In this document: positions 39,313 to 48,302 of the stretch, one piece after another
How positions within the stretch are numbered: position 1 is the stretch's first letter
How the letters are laid out: each line of letters opens with the position of its first letter
DNA from: Candidatus Krumholzibacteriia bacterium
Lineage (GTDB): Bacteria; Krumholzibacteriota; Krumholzibacteriia; JAJRXK01
Reading direction: 5' to 3'
DNA length: 64,000 bases
Assembly (NCBI GenBank): GCA_041484665.1
Contig: JBGPIA010000016.1
Coordinates: 1-64,000 of the forward strand
Program-made: the position numbers and the translations under genes
The notes under the pieces: generated by a model
Told to the model about the DNA's origin: nothing
What the model saw: only the letters and a program-made list of their open reading frames with translations
The model's database searches: none

Positions 39313-42300
39313 GTGCGTACAACTCGGCGCATCGCCGTGCTCTCTCTGCTCTCGCTCGGCCTTCTGCTGACCCTCAGCCCACCCACCCAAGCCGCCGAGG
39401 GCACGCCCGAGACCCCCTCGGCGACGACCATCGGGGCGGCCGGCGTCGCGGAGCCCGTCAGCGCCGTCATGCAGCGCCAGGCTGAGCTGGAAGCTGCCGG
39501 GCGGGCGGAGCGGGATGTGGAAGAGGAGATCGAGCAGCCCGATCGTTCCCACTTGCCCCAGAATCCGGATTCGCAACCCGTCCCCCAGCTCCCCGAGCTG
39601 CCCCCGGGATTCAAGCCGCAGCCCGGCGAGGTCAGGACGCTCAGCCCGCAGACGGTCGGGACGAACTTCACGGGCGCGACTCTCGCCGGGATCAACCCGA
39701 CGCTGTCGTTCCCACCGGATTGCATGGGCGTCGTCGGGCCAACGCAGTACGTCGTGTTCGTGAACGGACGCCTGGTGACGTTCAACAAGGCGACCGGGCT
39801 TGCCGACGGCGTCCTCAACGCCGACCCCGATGTGTTCTTCTCCTCGGTCCGGAACGGCTCGATCACCAGCGATCCGCGGATCCGGTACGACCGTCTGACC
39901 GCTCGCTGGATCCTGGTGATCATTAATGTCTCGACCCCCAACCGCATCCTGCTCGCCGTAAGCGATGCTGCGAGCGCCGGCGTGGTCACTCCCAGCACGG
40001 TGTTCACCTTCTGGTTCATTCCGATCGCCTCCACGCCACCGGCGATCTCGAGCACGTGCCTCGCGGACTACCCGACGCTGGGTGTGGACGCGAACGCCCT
40101 CTACATCGGTACGGACAACTTCTGCGGCTCCCCCCAGGCGTTCAACAGCACCGATGGATACGTCGTCCGCAAGAGCTCGGTCCTGGGCGCCGGCCCAATC
40201 ATCTTGACCGTGTTCCGCGGTCTCGCCCCGACCGCCACCTCCGCTGGTCCTTATGCGCCCCAGGGAGTGGACAACTTCGACCCGGCTGCCACGGAGGGCT
40301 ACTTCATCGGCGTGGACAACGCCACGTTCGGCACCCTGATGATGCGGCGCGTGGCAAACCCCGGTGGAACCCCCACGATCTCCACCAACATCTCCATCAC
40401 CGTCCCGGCGACGACCTTCCCGAACCGCGTTCCCCACCTCGGCAATACCGGCGGGGCCAACGGCCAGCTCAGCGCGTTGGACGACCGGTTGTTCGCCGCC
40501 CATCTCCGCAGCGGCCGGCTCTGGACGGCGCACAACATCGGCGTGAACAACACCGGCGCTGCCAGCGGCTCCATCACGCGCGACGGATCGCGGTGGTACG
40601 AGCTGAGCGTCCCGGTCGGCAGCGGCATGCCGACGGTGGTCCAGGCGGGGACCGTGTTCACGGCGTCGGCCACGAACCTGAACGACCAGCGGTACTACTG
40701 GATCCCCTCGATCATGGTCTCGGGACAGGGGCACGCGGCTTTGGGCTTCAGCACGGCGGGGACGAACGAGCGGGCGAATGCGGCCGTTGTCGGCCGCCTG
40801 CTGGGTGAGCCCGCCGGGACGATGGAGACGCCCGTCCTGTTCACGAGCAGCGCGACAGCCTACAACCCGCCCAGCGACCCGGGCGGCGCGAACGGCCGCC
40901 GATGGGGCGATTACTCCTACACGAGCGTCGATCCGCTCGACGACCAGACGATGTGGACCGTCCAGATGTTCACCGACGCGACGAATTCGTACGGAGTGCG
41001 CGTCGCGAAGCTCATCGCGCCGCCGCCGGCCATGCCAGGCTCCATCGCCGACGTCAATGCCGGTCAGAACCCGGTGGCGGTGAGCCTCACCGGCGTGTCG
41101 GCCGCCGGATCGGGCTTCTACGACCCCGGCGCGGATCTGCCGGGCGTCCCAGCGTTCCACCACGTCTCTGTTGGGGTGAGCAACGGCGGCGCAACCGGCA
41201 CTCCTCCCAGCGTCGTCTCGGCCACGTACGTGGCCCCGGCGACGATCGCGCTCGTGCTGGACGCCGCGTCTGCGACTCCCAACCTGGCCGGCGAGAAGTA
41301 CACGGTGACGGTGAAGAACCCGGACGGGCAGACGGCCTCGGCGGCAGTGCTGCGGGTGGTCGGCACCGCGCCGGTCGCGACGATTGCCGTGGGTCCCGGC
41401 CTCCCCGAGGGCAACAGTGGGACCACCGCGTTCGAGTTCACCGTCAATCTCTCCTCGGCCGCGACAGCCCTCGTGACCATCGACTACCAGACGGGTGACG
41501 GCACGGCCACCGTGGCCGACAACGACTACCAGGCAGCGACCACCGCGATCACCATCCCGTTCGGGCAGGCCACCGGCACCATCATCGTGAACGTCAACGG
41601 AGACAACAAGTTCGAGACGGATGAGTCGCTCGTTGTCACGCTGACCGCAGCGACGAGCGCCACCCTCGGAGCAACCGTCACGGCCAGCGGAACGATCCAG
41701 AACGACGACAGTCAGCCCGCGATCAGCATCGCAGCCGCCGTGAGCGCCGCAGAGGGCAACAGCGGCAGCCCACCCTTCGTACTCCCCGTCTCGCTCTCGA
41801 ATCCGAGCGCGAGCCCGGTCTCGGCTCACTACGCTGTTTCGGATGGCACGGCCACACTGGCGGACAATGACTATGGGGCAGCGAGCGGAACGGTGACGAT
41901 TCCCGCCGGCCAGACGTCGGGTGCGATCACGGTGGATGTCGTCGGCGACACCAAGCACGAAGCCGACGAGACGTTCGGGGTCAGTCTCTCGGGCCCCTCG
42001 GGCGGGACCTTGGGCAACGCGTCTGCAAACGCGACCATCACCAACGACGATCAGCCGCCGGCCGTATCCATCGACAGCATCGCTCTCGCGGAGGGCGACA
42101 CCGGCACGCAGGCGTTCGTGTTTACCGTCTCGCTGTCGCAGGCGAGCGGCCTGCCGGCGGCGGTCGATTTCGCCACGGCGGACGGCACGGCGCTCTTGGC
42201 GAACAACGACTACCAAGCGGAGTCGGGCACGCTGAGCTTCGCCCCGGGCGTCGTCTCACAGCCCGCGTCCGTGCTCGTCAACGGGGACCAGATCCTGGAG

Positions 42301-43353
42301 TCCGATGAGACGTTCGTGGTCAACCTGACCAATCCCGGCGGTGCCCTGGCCGGCTCGCTCCAGGGCACCGGCACGATCCTCAATGACGATGGCGTCCCCG
42401 CGCTCTCGGTCGGCGGCGTGGCGCTGCCAGAAGGAAACGCCGGGACGACCCCCTTCGTCTTCCCGGTCAGTCTCTCCAATCCGACGGATCAGATCGTGAC
42501 GGTGCACTACCAGACCTCCGACAGCACCGCGACCCTCGCCAACAACGATTACCAGGCGGCGAGCGGCACGCTGATCATCCCGGCCATGACCTCCACCGAG
42601 ACCGTCACCGTGCTCGTCAACGGCGACGTGTGTGGCGAGCCGCAGGAGACATTTAGGCTGCGGCTGTCGGTGCCGACGGGCGCGGCGCTCGGCAGCGGCA
42701 CCGGGGTCGGCACGATCCAGAACGACGACGACGCCACTGCGCCGGATGTGACCGTGGTGTCCCCCAACGGCGGGGAGGTCCTGGACGTCGGCAGTACGGC
42801 GGACATCCAGTGGACCGCGACCGACGGTATCGGCGTGACGGGTGTGGACGTTCTGTTGTCGCGCGACGGCGGCGTTACATACCCCGAGCTGCTGGCGTCC
42901 GGCATCGCGAATACTGGATCGTTCCTCTGGACGGTGACGGCCCCTTCATCGGCGACTGCGGATGCGCTCGTCCAGGTGAAGGCGCACGACGCGGGATGCA
43001 ATACGGGTATGGATGTGAGTGACGCGGCCTTCCAGATCTTCAGCGTCGTGACCGCGGTGCCGGAAGGCGGACCGATCACCGAATTTGCGCTCGGCCTGGT
43101 TCGTCCCAACCCGACCGGCGGCCGGGCGGAGATCGATTTCGAGCTGCCGCGCGATGCAACCGTGCGGCTGAGCGTCGTGGACGTGCGCGGTCGCGAGGTG
43201 GTGAAGCTGGTGGACCGCACGTTGGCGGCGGGCCGATACCGGAGCAGCTGGAACGGGCGGACCGTTGGGGGCCCCGCGGCGCGTGGCGTGTACTTCGTCA
43301 GCTTCGAGGCAGCAGGCCGCAAGTTCCATCGCCGACTGGTGCTGGTGCGCTGA
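39313..43353 (+). CDS. Large secreted protein with four Calx-beta domains and FlgD-like CTD
   Basis: GGGAG RBS, GTG start and signal peptide; PPD..G.VGP, RWGDYS; four EGN/EGD...F.V.LS...DY...E.DE..TI.NDD-type units; VVSPNGGE; PNP...RGVYFV. Confidence 0.88.
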   Translation: MRTTRRIAVLSLLSLGLLLTLSPPTQAAEGTPETPSATTIGAAGVAEPVSAVMQRQAELEAAGRAERDVEEEIEQPDRSHLPQNPDSQPVPQLPELPPGFKPQPGEVRTLSPQTVGTNFTGATLAGINPTLSFPPDCMGVVGPTQYVVFVNGRLVTFNKATGLADGVLNADPDVFFSSVRNGSITSDPRIRYDRLTARWILVIINVSTPNRILLAVSDAASAGVVTPSTVFTFWFIPIASTPPAISSTCLADYPTLGVDANALYIGTDNFCGSPQAFNSTDGYVVRKSSVLGAGPIILTVFRGLAPTATSAGPYAPQGVDNFDPAATEGYFIGVDNATFGTLMMRRVANPGGTPTISTNISITVPATTFPNRVPHLGNTGGANGQLSALDDRLFAAHLRSGRLWTAHNIGVNNTGAASGSITRDGSRWYELSVPVGSGMPTVVQAGTVFTASATNLNDQRYYWIPSIMVSGQGHAALGFSTAGTNERANAAVVGRLLGEPAGTMETPVLFTSSATAYNPPSDPGGANGRRWGDYSYTSVDPLDDQTMWTVQMFTDATNSYGVRVAKLIAPPPAMPGSIADVNAGQNPVAVSLTGVSAAGSGFYDPGADLPGVPAFHHVSVGVSNGGATGTPPSVVSATYVAPATIALVLDAASATPNLAGEKYTVTVKNPDGQTASAAVLRVVGTAPVATIAVGPGLPEGNSGTTAFEFTVNLSSAATALVTIDYQTGDGTATVADNDYQAATTAITIPFGQATGTIIVNVNGDNKFETDESLVVTLTAATSATLGATVTASGTIQNDDSQPAISIAAAVSAAEGNSGSPPFVLPVSLSNPSASPVSAHYAVSDGTATLADNDYGAASGTVTIPAGQTSGAITVDVVGDTKHEADETFGVSLSGPSGGTLGNASANATITNDDQPPAVSIDSIALAEGDTGTQAFVFTVSLSQASGLPAAVDFATADGTALLANNDYQAESGTLSFAPGVVSQPASVLVNGDQILESDETFVVNLTNPGGALAGSLQGTGTILNDDGVPALSVGGVALPEGNAGTTPFVFPVSLSNPTDQIVTVHYQTSDSTATLANNDYQAASGTLIIPAMTSTETVTVLVNGDVCGEPQETFRLRLSVPTGAALGSGTGVGTIQNDDDATAPDVTVVSPNGGEVLDVGSTADIQWTATDGIGVTGVDVLLSRDGGVTYPELLASGIANTGSFLWTVTAPSSATADALVQVKAHDAGCNTGMDVSDAAFQIFSVVTAVPEGGPITEFALGLVRPNPTGGRAEIDFELPRDATVRLSVVDVRGREVVKLVDRTLAAGRYRSSWNGRTVGGPAARGVYFVSFEAAGRKFHRRLVLVR

Positions 43354-43364
43354 GTCTCACCTCC

Positions 43365-43988
43365 TCAGCCGGCGAAACCCTTGGTGCGCAGGATCTCGTC
43401 GATGCGGGCGCGATGGGTCGCTTCCCAGGCCTCCAGGGTCTCGGCCGCGTCCCGGGCGGCGCGGGTCTGCGCTCCCTTGAGAATGGCCTCTCGCCGCGCG
43501 ACCGGCACGACCACGATCCCCTCCTCGTCGGCGACTACGATGTCGCCGGGCGCCACCTGCACCCCACCACAGCGCACCGGGCCGTTGAGCACCCCGATCG
43601 CATCCTTGGCTGCGGGGAAGGGGAGCACGCCCCGCGCGAAGACCGGGAAGCGCTTTTCGCGCACTTCGGCGAGATCGCGGATCACACCGTCGATGAGGAA
43701 GGCAGCAATCCCACGTTTCTGGGCGACTGCGCACACGTTGCCACCCGCAACCGCGTAGTCCACATCGCCCGCCTCCACGACGATGACCGAGCCGGGCGCG
43801 GCGCGGTAGATGGCGGCGTGGAGCATCAAGTTGTCCCCGGGGACGCAGCGCACCGGATAGGCTGCCCCGGCGACGCGCGGCATCCCCGGCCACAGCGGCC
43901 GGATACCGATGTCCATGACGCGGTCGCGGGTCAGGACGTCGGCGAGCGTGGTGGGGGAGAGTCCGCGGAAGGCAGCAGCGTCGGTCAT
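43365..43988 (-). CDS. RraA family / HMG aldolase-like protein
   Basis: GDNLMLHAAI, IDGVIRD, PGDIVVADEEGIVVVP; GGAGG RBS. Confidence 0.9.
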   Translation of the reverse strand: MTDAAAFRGLSPTTLADVLTRDRVMDIGIRPLWPGMPRVAGAAYPVRCVPGDNLMLHAAIYRAAPGSVIVVEAGDVDYAVAGGNVCAVAQKRGIAAFLIDGVIRDLAEVREKRFPVFARGVLPFPAAKDAIGVLNGPVRCGGVQVAPGDIVVADEEGIVVVPVARREAILKGAQTRAARDAAETLEAWEATHRARIDEILRTKGFAG

Positions 43989-44146
43989 TGTTCCTCCGAG
44001 CTGGTCGCGAAACCTTGTGGAGTGCAAGGGTCAAGCCGGCGATCGAGCCCGGCGCTGCACGCGGCAGGCACGAGCCGGGGACTTCGCGGACGTGCGGGCC
44101 TACCGCACTGCCCGACCAAGCAGCGCGCAGCAGCGGGCGGGCGCCC

Positions 44147-45961
44147 TCAACGCGTGTACTTGTGGTCGCGGCACCAGGCCGTGACGGTGGCCTCGAGGCC
44201 GGCTACGTCCGCAGGACGCGTGGTGAGCCGCTGCGCATCTCCGTGCCCCAACGGGCGCTCGGAGACCTGCCAGTGCGCCGAGTCATTCGCATCGATCTGG
44301 AAGACCTGTTTCTCGCCGCCCTCGTAGAGGGCGCCCTCCGCTGTGCCGTTGCGCAGGCGCCCGCTGAAGCACAACACGCGCCGGTCGACCGCCGGCCGCA
44401 GCAGCGATGCGGCGTCAGGTGAGAGCGTCTGGGGGTCGATCCCGAACCAGTCGAGCGCCGTGGCGGAGATATCCACCGTTGCGCAGAGCCGCGCATCGCT
44501 GCCGGGCGCACGGTCGGTCCGCAAAGCGAGAGGAATCTGCGTTACGGGCTCGTCCACCTGGTACCCGTACCACACCTTGCCATCCTGGTACATCGATCCG
44601 TGGTCCGCCGTGAGCAAGATGTCGATGGCCCCCGCCCACGGCCGTTGCTCCAGCTCGGTCAGAAACCGGCCGAACGCCGCGTCGAAGGCCAAAATGGCCT
44701 GCAGGTACGACTGCCGCAGCTCCTCGACCCGCCAGGCATCACCTGGCTCGTAGCGATAATCGCTGGCGCGGATCCTCGCCTCAGCATCGCGCCGCTCTTC
44801 CGTTGTCCTTTCCGCGGAGAGCCCACTGGCGTGCTCGATCTCGGCTGCCGCACCTTGCACGCTATGGGGAAAGAGATGGATGAGGAGGAAGAAGGGGCGT
44901 CCCCCCTGCGCAAGATCCTCCAACTCCCCCAGCGAGCTCCGCAACGGGCCCTGCTCCGGAAACGGCGCATTGGCGATCGTGCGTATGGCCGCCAGACGGT
45001 CCTTGCGCCGGCCAGGGACCTTCACGGTCTTGCCTGCTGGCGGCGTGTACACGAACACGTTGTACTCCAAGCCGAGCCAGCGAGGAAGGGCGGTGTAGTT
45101 CTGCGAGAGGTACAGCGTGCGCAACCCGTCGTAGTGGTAACACTTGGTCTCGGGTAAAGCGTTCTGGTGACACACCACGAGCCGTGTACGTACCCCATGG
45201 CTCTGGAGTGTTGCGAGGAGATTGTGGTCCCGATCGGAGTTGGAGGCCTCGATGCGACCGGAGTAGAGCGTGGTAAACGCCCCGAGGGTGTAAGGGCAAT
45301 TCGAGTAGGCATTGGTGAACGCCGTCGAGCCTTTGATGAACGCGTCGAGATTGGGCGTGACGATCGGCGACTCCGGGTTGAGAGCGGAGATGTACTTTGC
45401 ACCCATTCCGTCCACGACCATGACCACGAGCCCCCGCTTGGACGGCGGGAGCGACTGGGAGACCGCCACATGCTGCGGCGCGGGGCGCAGTGCCCGCGCG
45501 GCTTTCACCGCTGGAAGCGCGGCCACGCTGGCGACCAGCAGCACCATGGCGATCCCATCGATCTGGGGTAGCCGCGCGTGGGATCGACGTTCCACGATGT
45601 ATCCGAACAGCGCGGCGGCCGCGAACACGACGAGCAGAAGTTCCTGCCGATCCGCCCGCACCAGCCACGGATCGGCCACGATGGTGACCGCCGCTGCGAA
45701 GAGGATCGCGAACGGAGAGCTGTGGAACAGCCGGGGCACGAGATCGAGTCTGCGCACGAGCCGTAGCAGCAAGAGCAGCAACGCGGCGGCCGCCACAGAG
45801 ACGCCCGTGAGCAGGAAGAACACGCCCGCCAGCGTGACGGTGAGCGACTTGACGTCGGTCTCCAGCAGACGCGGGCTCAGGAAGAGCAGGGTGAGCGCTA
45901 GGGCAGCCAGAATAAAGTGCACGCGCGCGAGAAAAAACAGCCCCCTGCGAGAAAGCACCAT
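44147..45961 (-). CDS. Membrane-anchored sulfatase/alkaline-phosphatase-superfamily (LTA synthase-like) transferase
   Basis: Five N-terminal TM segments; VVMVVDG, TPNLDAF, AYSNCPYT, PFFLLIHLFPH, LLTADHG. Confidence 0.8.
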   Translation of the reverse strand: MVLSRRGLFFLARVHFILAALALTLLFLSPRLLETDVKSLTVTLAGVFFLLTGVSVAAAALLLLLLRLVRRLDLVPRLFHSSPFAILFAAAVTIVADPWLVRADRQELLLVVFAAAALFGYIVERRSHARLPQIDGIAMVLLVASVAALPAVKAARALRPAPQHVAVSQSLPPSKRGLVVMVVDGMGAKYISALNPESPIVTPNLDAFIKGSTAFTNAYSNCPYTLGAFTTLYSGRIEASNSDRDHNLLATLQSHGVRTRLVVCHQNALPETKCYHYDGLRTLYLSQNYTALPRWLGLEYNVFVYTPPAGKTVKVPGRRKDRLAAIRTIANAPFPEQGPLRSSLGELEDLAQGGRPFFLLIHLFPHSVQGAAAEIEHASGLSAERTTEERRDAEARIRASDYRYEPGDAWRVEELRQSYLQAILAFDAAFGRFLTELEQRPWAGAIDILLTADHGSMYQDGKVWYGYQVDEPVTQIPLALRTDRAPGSDARLCATVDISATALDWFGIDPQTLSPDAASLLRPAVDRRVLCFSGRLRNGTAEGALYEGGEKQVFQIDANDSAHWQVSERPLGHGDAQRLTTRPADVAGLEATVTAWCRDHKYTR

Positions 45962-46298
45962 AGTCGTGGTGAGCCTGATGCGGGGAAGTGGATAGAATCC
46001 CGGGGCCGACGACGGTCAGTCTAGGCTCGTGCCAACGCACGGGTCAAGCGCGGGCACGGGCCGGCAGCGCCTCAGCGCCCAGGCTCGGCGCCGGAATGGG
46101 CCTGGCCCCCAGCGGGAAGCCAGCTGTTGCGGACCAAGGCCGGGCCGACCGAAGGCACCCGCCCGCGATCGGCCGGGAAGCCCGCGAGCCCGCCGGCTTC
46201 CGGGATCTGCGGAACTCCACAGCGGGCGGCCGGCGGCGAGCCTGCGCAGCACCTTCTAGAAGCCGCGCGGGCTGCACCTCCTGGAGGCGTGCGCCGCA

Positions 46299-46349
46299 TA
46301 GTACGAATCGTACTAAACGCTTGACGGTCCCACTTGCATCGCGTACTCT
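46299..46349 (+). promoter_or_regulatory. Perfect inverted repeat plus sigma70 promoter for a probably leaderless mRNA
   Basis: TAGTACGA-A-TCGTACTA (46299-46315); TTGACG (46321-46326), 17 nt, TACTCT (46344-46349); ATG 7 nt after the -10 box with no RBS. Confidence 0.7.
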
Positions 46350-46355
46350 TCGGGC

Positions 46356-47621
46356 ATGAGGACTCTCGGAGATTACGGACGTTGCCTACTTACGGTGATC
46401 GCGGTGATCTCTCTCGTTCTTGTCGTCAGCTCCGCGACGGGGGGGTCGGACGGCTCCCTGGCCCCGGCGGCGTCGCGGGACCCGGCCCCACCTTCGGCCC
46501 GGCCTCCCCTTGCGCGCGTGCCGATCGTCTTCGCGCGCAACCAGGTCAGAGTACCTGTTTCGGTCCAGGGCTCGGCCCCCTTCCAGCTCATCCTCGACAC
46601 CGGGATGCCGACCCGGGGAATCCTGCTCCACCGCACCGAGCGCGTGGATGCGCTCGGGCTGGACTTTGCGGACGCCGACTCCCTGACCGGGGCGGGCGGC
46701 GCCGGCCAGACGGTCGCCTCGCGCGTGGCGACCGCATCGCGGATCGAGATCGGTGGCTTTGCGATCTCCAATGTCCCGGTGATCGTCCTGCCGGCCCGAT
46801 CCGGGCTCCCGCTCGATACGGATGGGGTGATTGGGTCGGAGCTGTTCGGGAAATTCGCGGTGCGTGTCGACGTCGACGAGCAGCGGCTCGACTTGTTCGA
46901 CAGCGCGACCTTCGAGCCGCCGCAAGGCAGCACGGTCGTGCCACTGCGCGTCCGGCACGATATGGCGTTCGTGGATGCGCGCGTCACAGTTGGTTCCGGC
47001 GAGCCGGTGACGGCCGACCTCGCAGTCGATCTGGGCGCCGGTCACGCGCTCTGGCTCAACGCGGCTTCCGACGGCAGGCTCGCGCCGCCCCCGGACGCGA
47101 TCGCGACAACGCTAGGGCACGGCCTCTCCGGAGAAGTGCGCGGCCATGTCGGACGCGTGCGCCGCGTCGAGCTTGGGAACTTCGCCTTCGAGGGCGTTGT
47201 GACGGTCTTTCCGGTGCAGGAGCACCAGCACCCCGGTGGCTTCGATTTTCGCGACGGGTTCGTCGGTGCGGAGCTGCTGACCCGCTTCGATGTCACCTTC
47301 GACTACGCGGCAAAGCGCCTGGTTCTGGAACGCGGAGGCCGGATCGCGGAGCCGTTCGAATACGACATGACCGGCATGGTGCTCGATCCACGCGCGCAAG
47401 ACCGCCGCCCGGTGACCGCCGTGCTCGCAGGATCACCCGCCGAGCAGGCCGGAGTCGTCGCGGGCGACGTGCTCGTCGCGGTCGATGGCCAGCGGGTCTC
47501 GGCCCTCGGTCCGGACGACCTCGCGCGCACCTTTCGCAGGGACGACGCCGAAGTCCGGGTAACCCTCGAGCGTGGCGCGACGACGATCGAGAAGCGGCTG
47601 CGGCTCCGGCGGTTGGTGTGA
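46356..47621 (+). CDS. Exported double retropepsin-like aspartyl protease with C-terminal PDZ domain
   Basis: ILDTG...DGVIG and VDLGA...DGFVG domains, then SPAEQAGV..GDVLVAVDG. Confidence 0.88.
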   Translation: MRTLGDYGRCLLTVIAVISLVLVVSSATGGSDGSLAPAASRDPAPPSARPPLARVPIVFARNQVRVPVSVQGSAPFQLILDTGMPTRGILLHRTERVDALGLDFADADSLTGAGGAGQTVASRVATASRIEIGGFAISNVPVIVLPARSGLPLDTDGVIGSELFGKFAVRVDVDEQRLDLFDSATFEPPQGSTVVPLRVRHDMAFVDARVTVGSGEPVTADLAVDLGAGHALWLNAASDGRLAPPPDAIATTLGHGLSGEVRGHVGRVRRVELGNFAFEGVVTVFPVQEHQHPGGFDFRDGFVGAELLTRFDVTFDYAAKRLVLERGGRIAEPFEYDMTGMVLDPRAQDRRPVTAVLAGSPAEQAGVVAGDVLVAVDGQRVSALGPDDLARTFRRDDAEVRVTLERGATTIEKRLRLRRLV

Positions 47622-47679
47622 ATCGGATCCGTCGACGCTGGAATGCGCGGAACCGGCGCGAACGACCACGATCGATCCC

Positions 47680-48234
47680 ATGCGAGCGCTGAGCGAGCTC
47701 GAGGGCTGCGTGCTCGGGCACCTCTGGAAGCACGGCCCATCCACGGCGTATGCGATCCGCAAGCAGCTGCTCGATTCGCCGTCATCACATTGGAGCGGCA
47801 GCGCCGGAGCCATCTACCCACTGCTTGCGCGGCTCAAGAAGCGCGGGATCGTCGACTCGCGCAAGACCTCGCGCGGTGATCGCCAGACCTGGTTGTATGC
47901 AATGACGCGGCCGGGACGCGATCTCTTCATGGCCTGGCTCGCGCCACCGCTCGATCGCGATGTCATTTCGATTGCCCCGGACCCGTTGCGGACACGCATG
48001 TTCTTCCTCGGCGCCCTCTCGCCGAGCCGCCGCGCGGCCTTTCTCGCTCAAGCCCGCGAGAAGCTGGCTCTGTACATCGATGAACTCGCACCGGGACCCG
48101 CTGTCGACCAATTCGACCGCCTGGCGATTCGTGGCGCAGTGCGTTCCACGCGTGCCCGGATCGCGTGGCTGAAGGACGTGCAGCGCACGTTGGCACGGCC
48201 AAAGCGCCGACAAGGGCGTGGACGTCCGTCTTGA
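47680..48234 (+). CDS. PadR family transcriptional regulator
   Basis: GPSTAYAI, WSGSAGAIYPLLARL, YAMTRPGR, and a C-terminal helical domain. Confidence 0.85.
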   Translation: MRALSELEGCVLGHLWKHGPSTAYAIRKQLLDSPSSHWSGSAGAIYPLLARLKKRGIVDSRKTSRGDRQTWLYAMTRPGRDLFMAWLAPPLDRDVISIAPDPLRTRMFFLGALSPSRRAAFLAQAREKLALYIDELAPGPAVDQFDRLAIRGAVRSTRARIAWLKDVQRTLARPKRRQGRGRPS

Positions 48235-48302
48235 CGTCGCGGCGGGCGGGGCGGTAGCGTAGCGTGGTTGGTTTGGCCACGCCGCGGTAATCGGTACCCT
48301 CC

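Noticed and set aside
39295..42216. Long antisense or alternative-frame ORFs (also 13204-15159, 16993-18864, 9475-11094, 55910-57535, 7352-9265)
   Set aside because: Shadow ORFs expected at high GC; Arg/Gly/Pro-rich, motif-free and overlapping well-supported genes.
38452..43353. A genuine 1633-aa sigma-factor/adhesin fusion protein
   Set aside because: The internal RBS, GTG and signal peptide at 39313, the non-protein-like linker and the incompatible localisations favour two genes with a lost stop.
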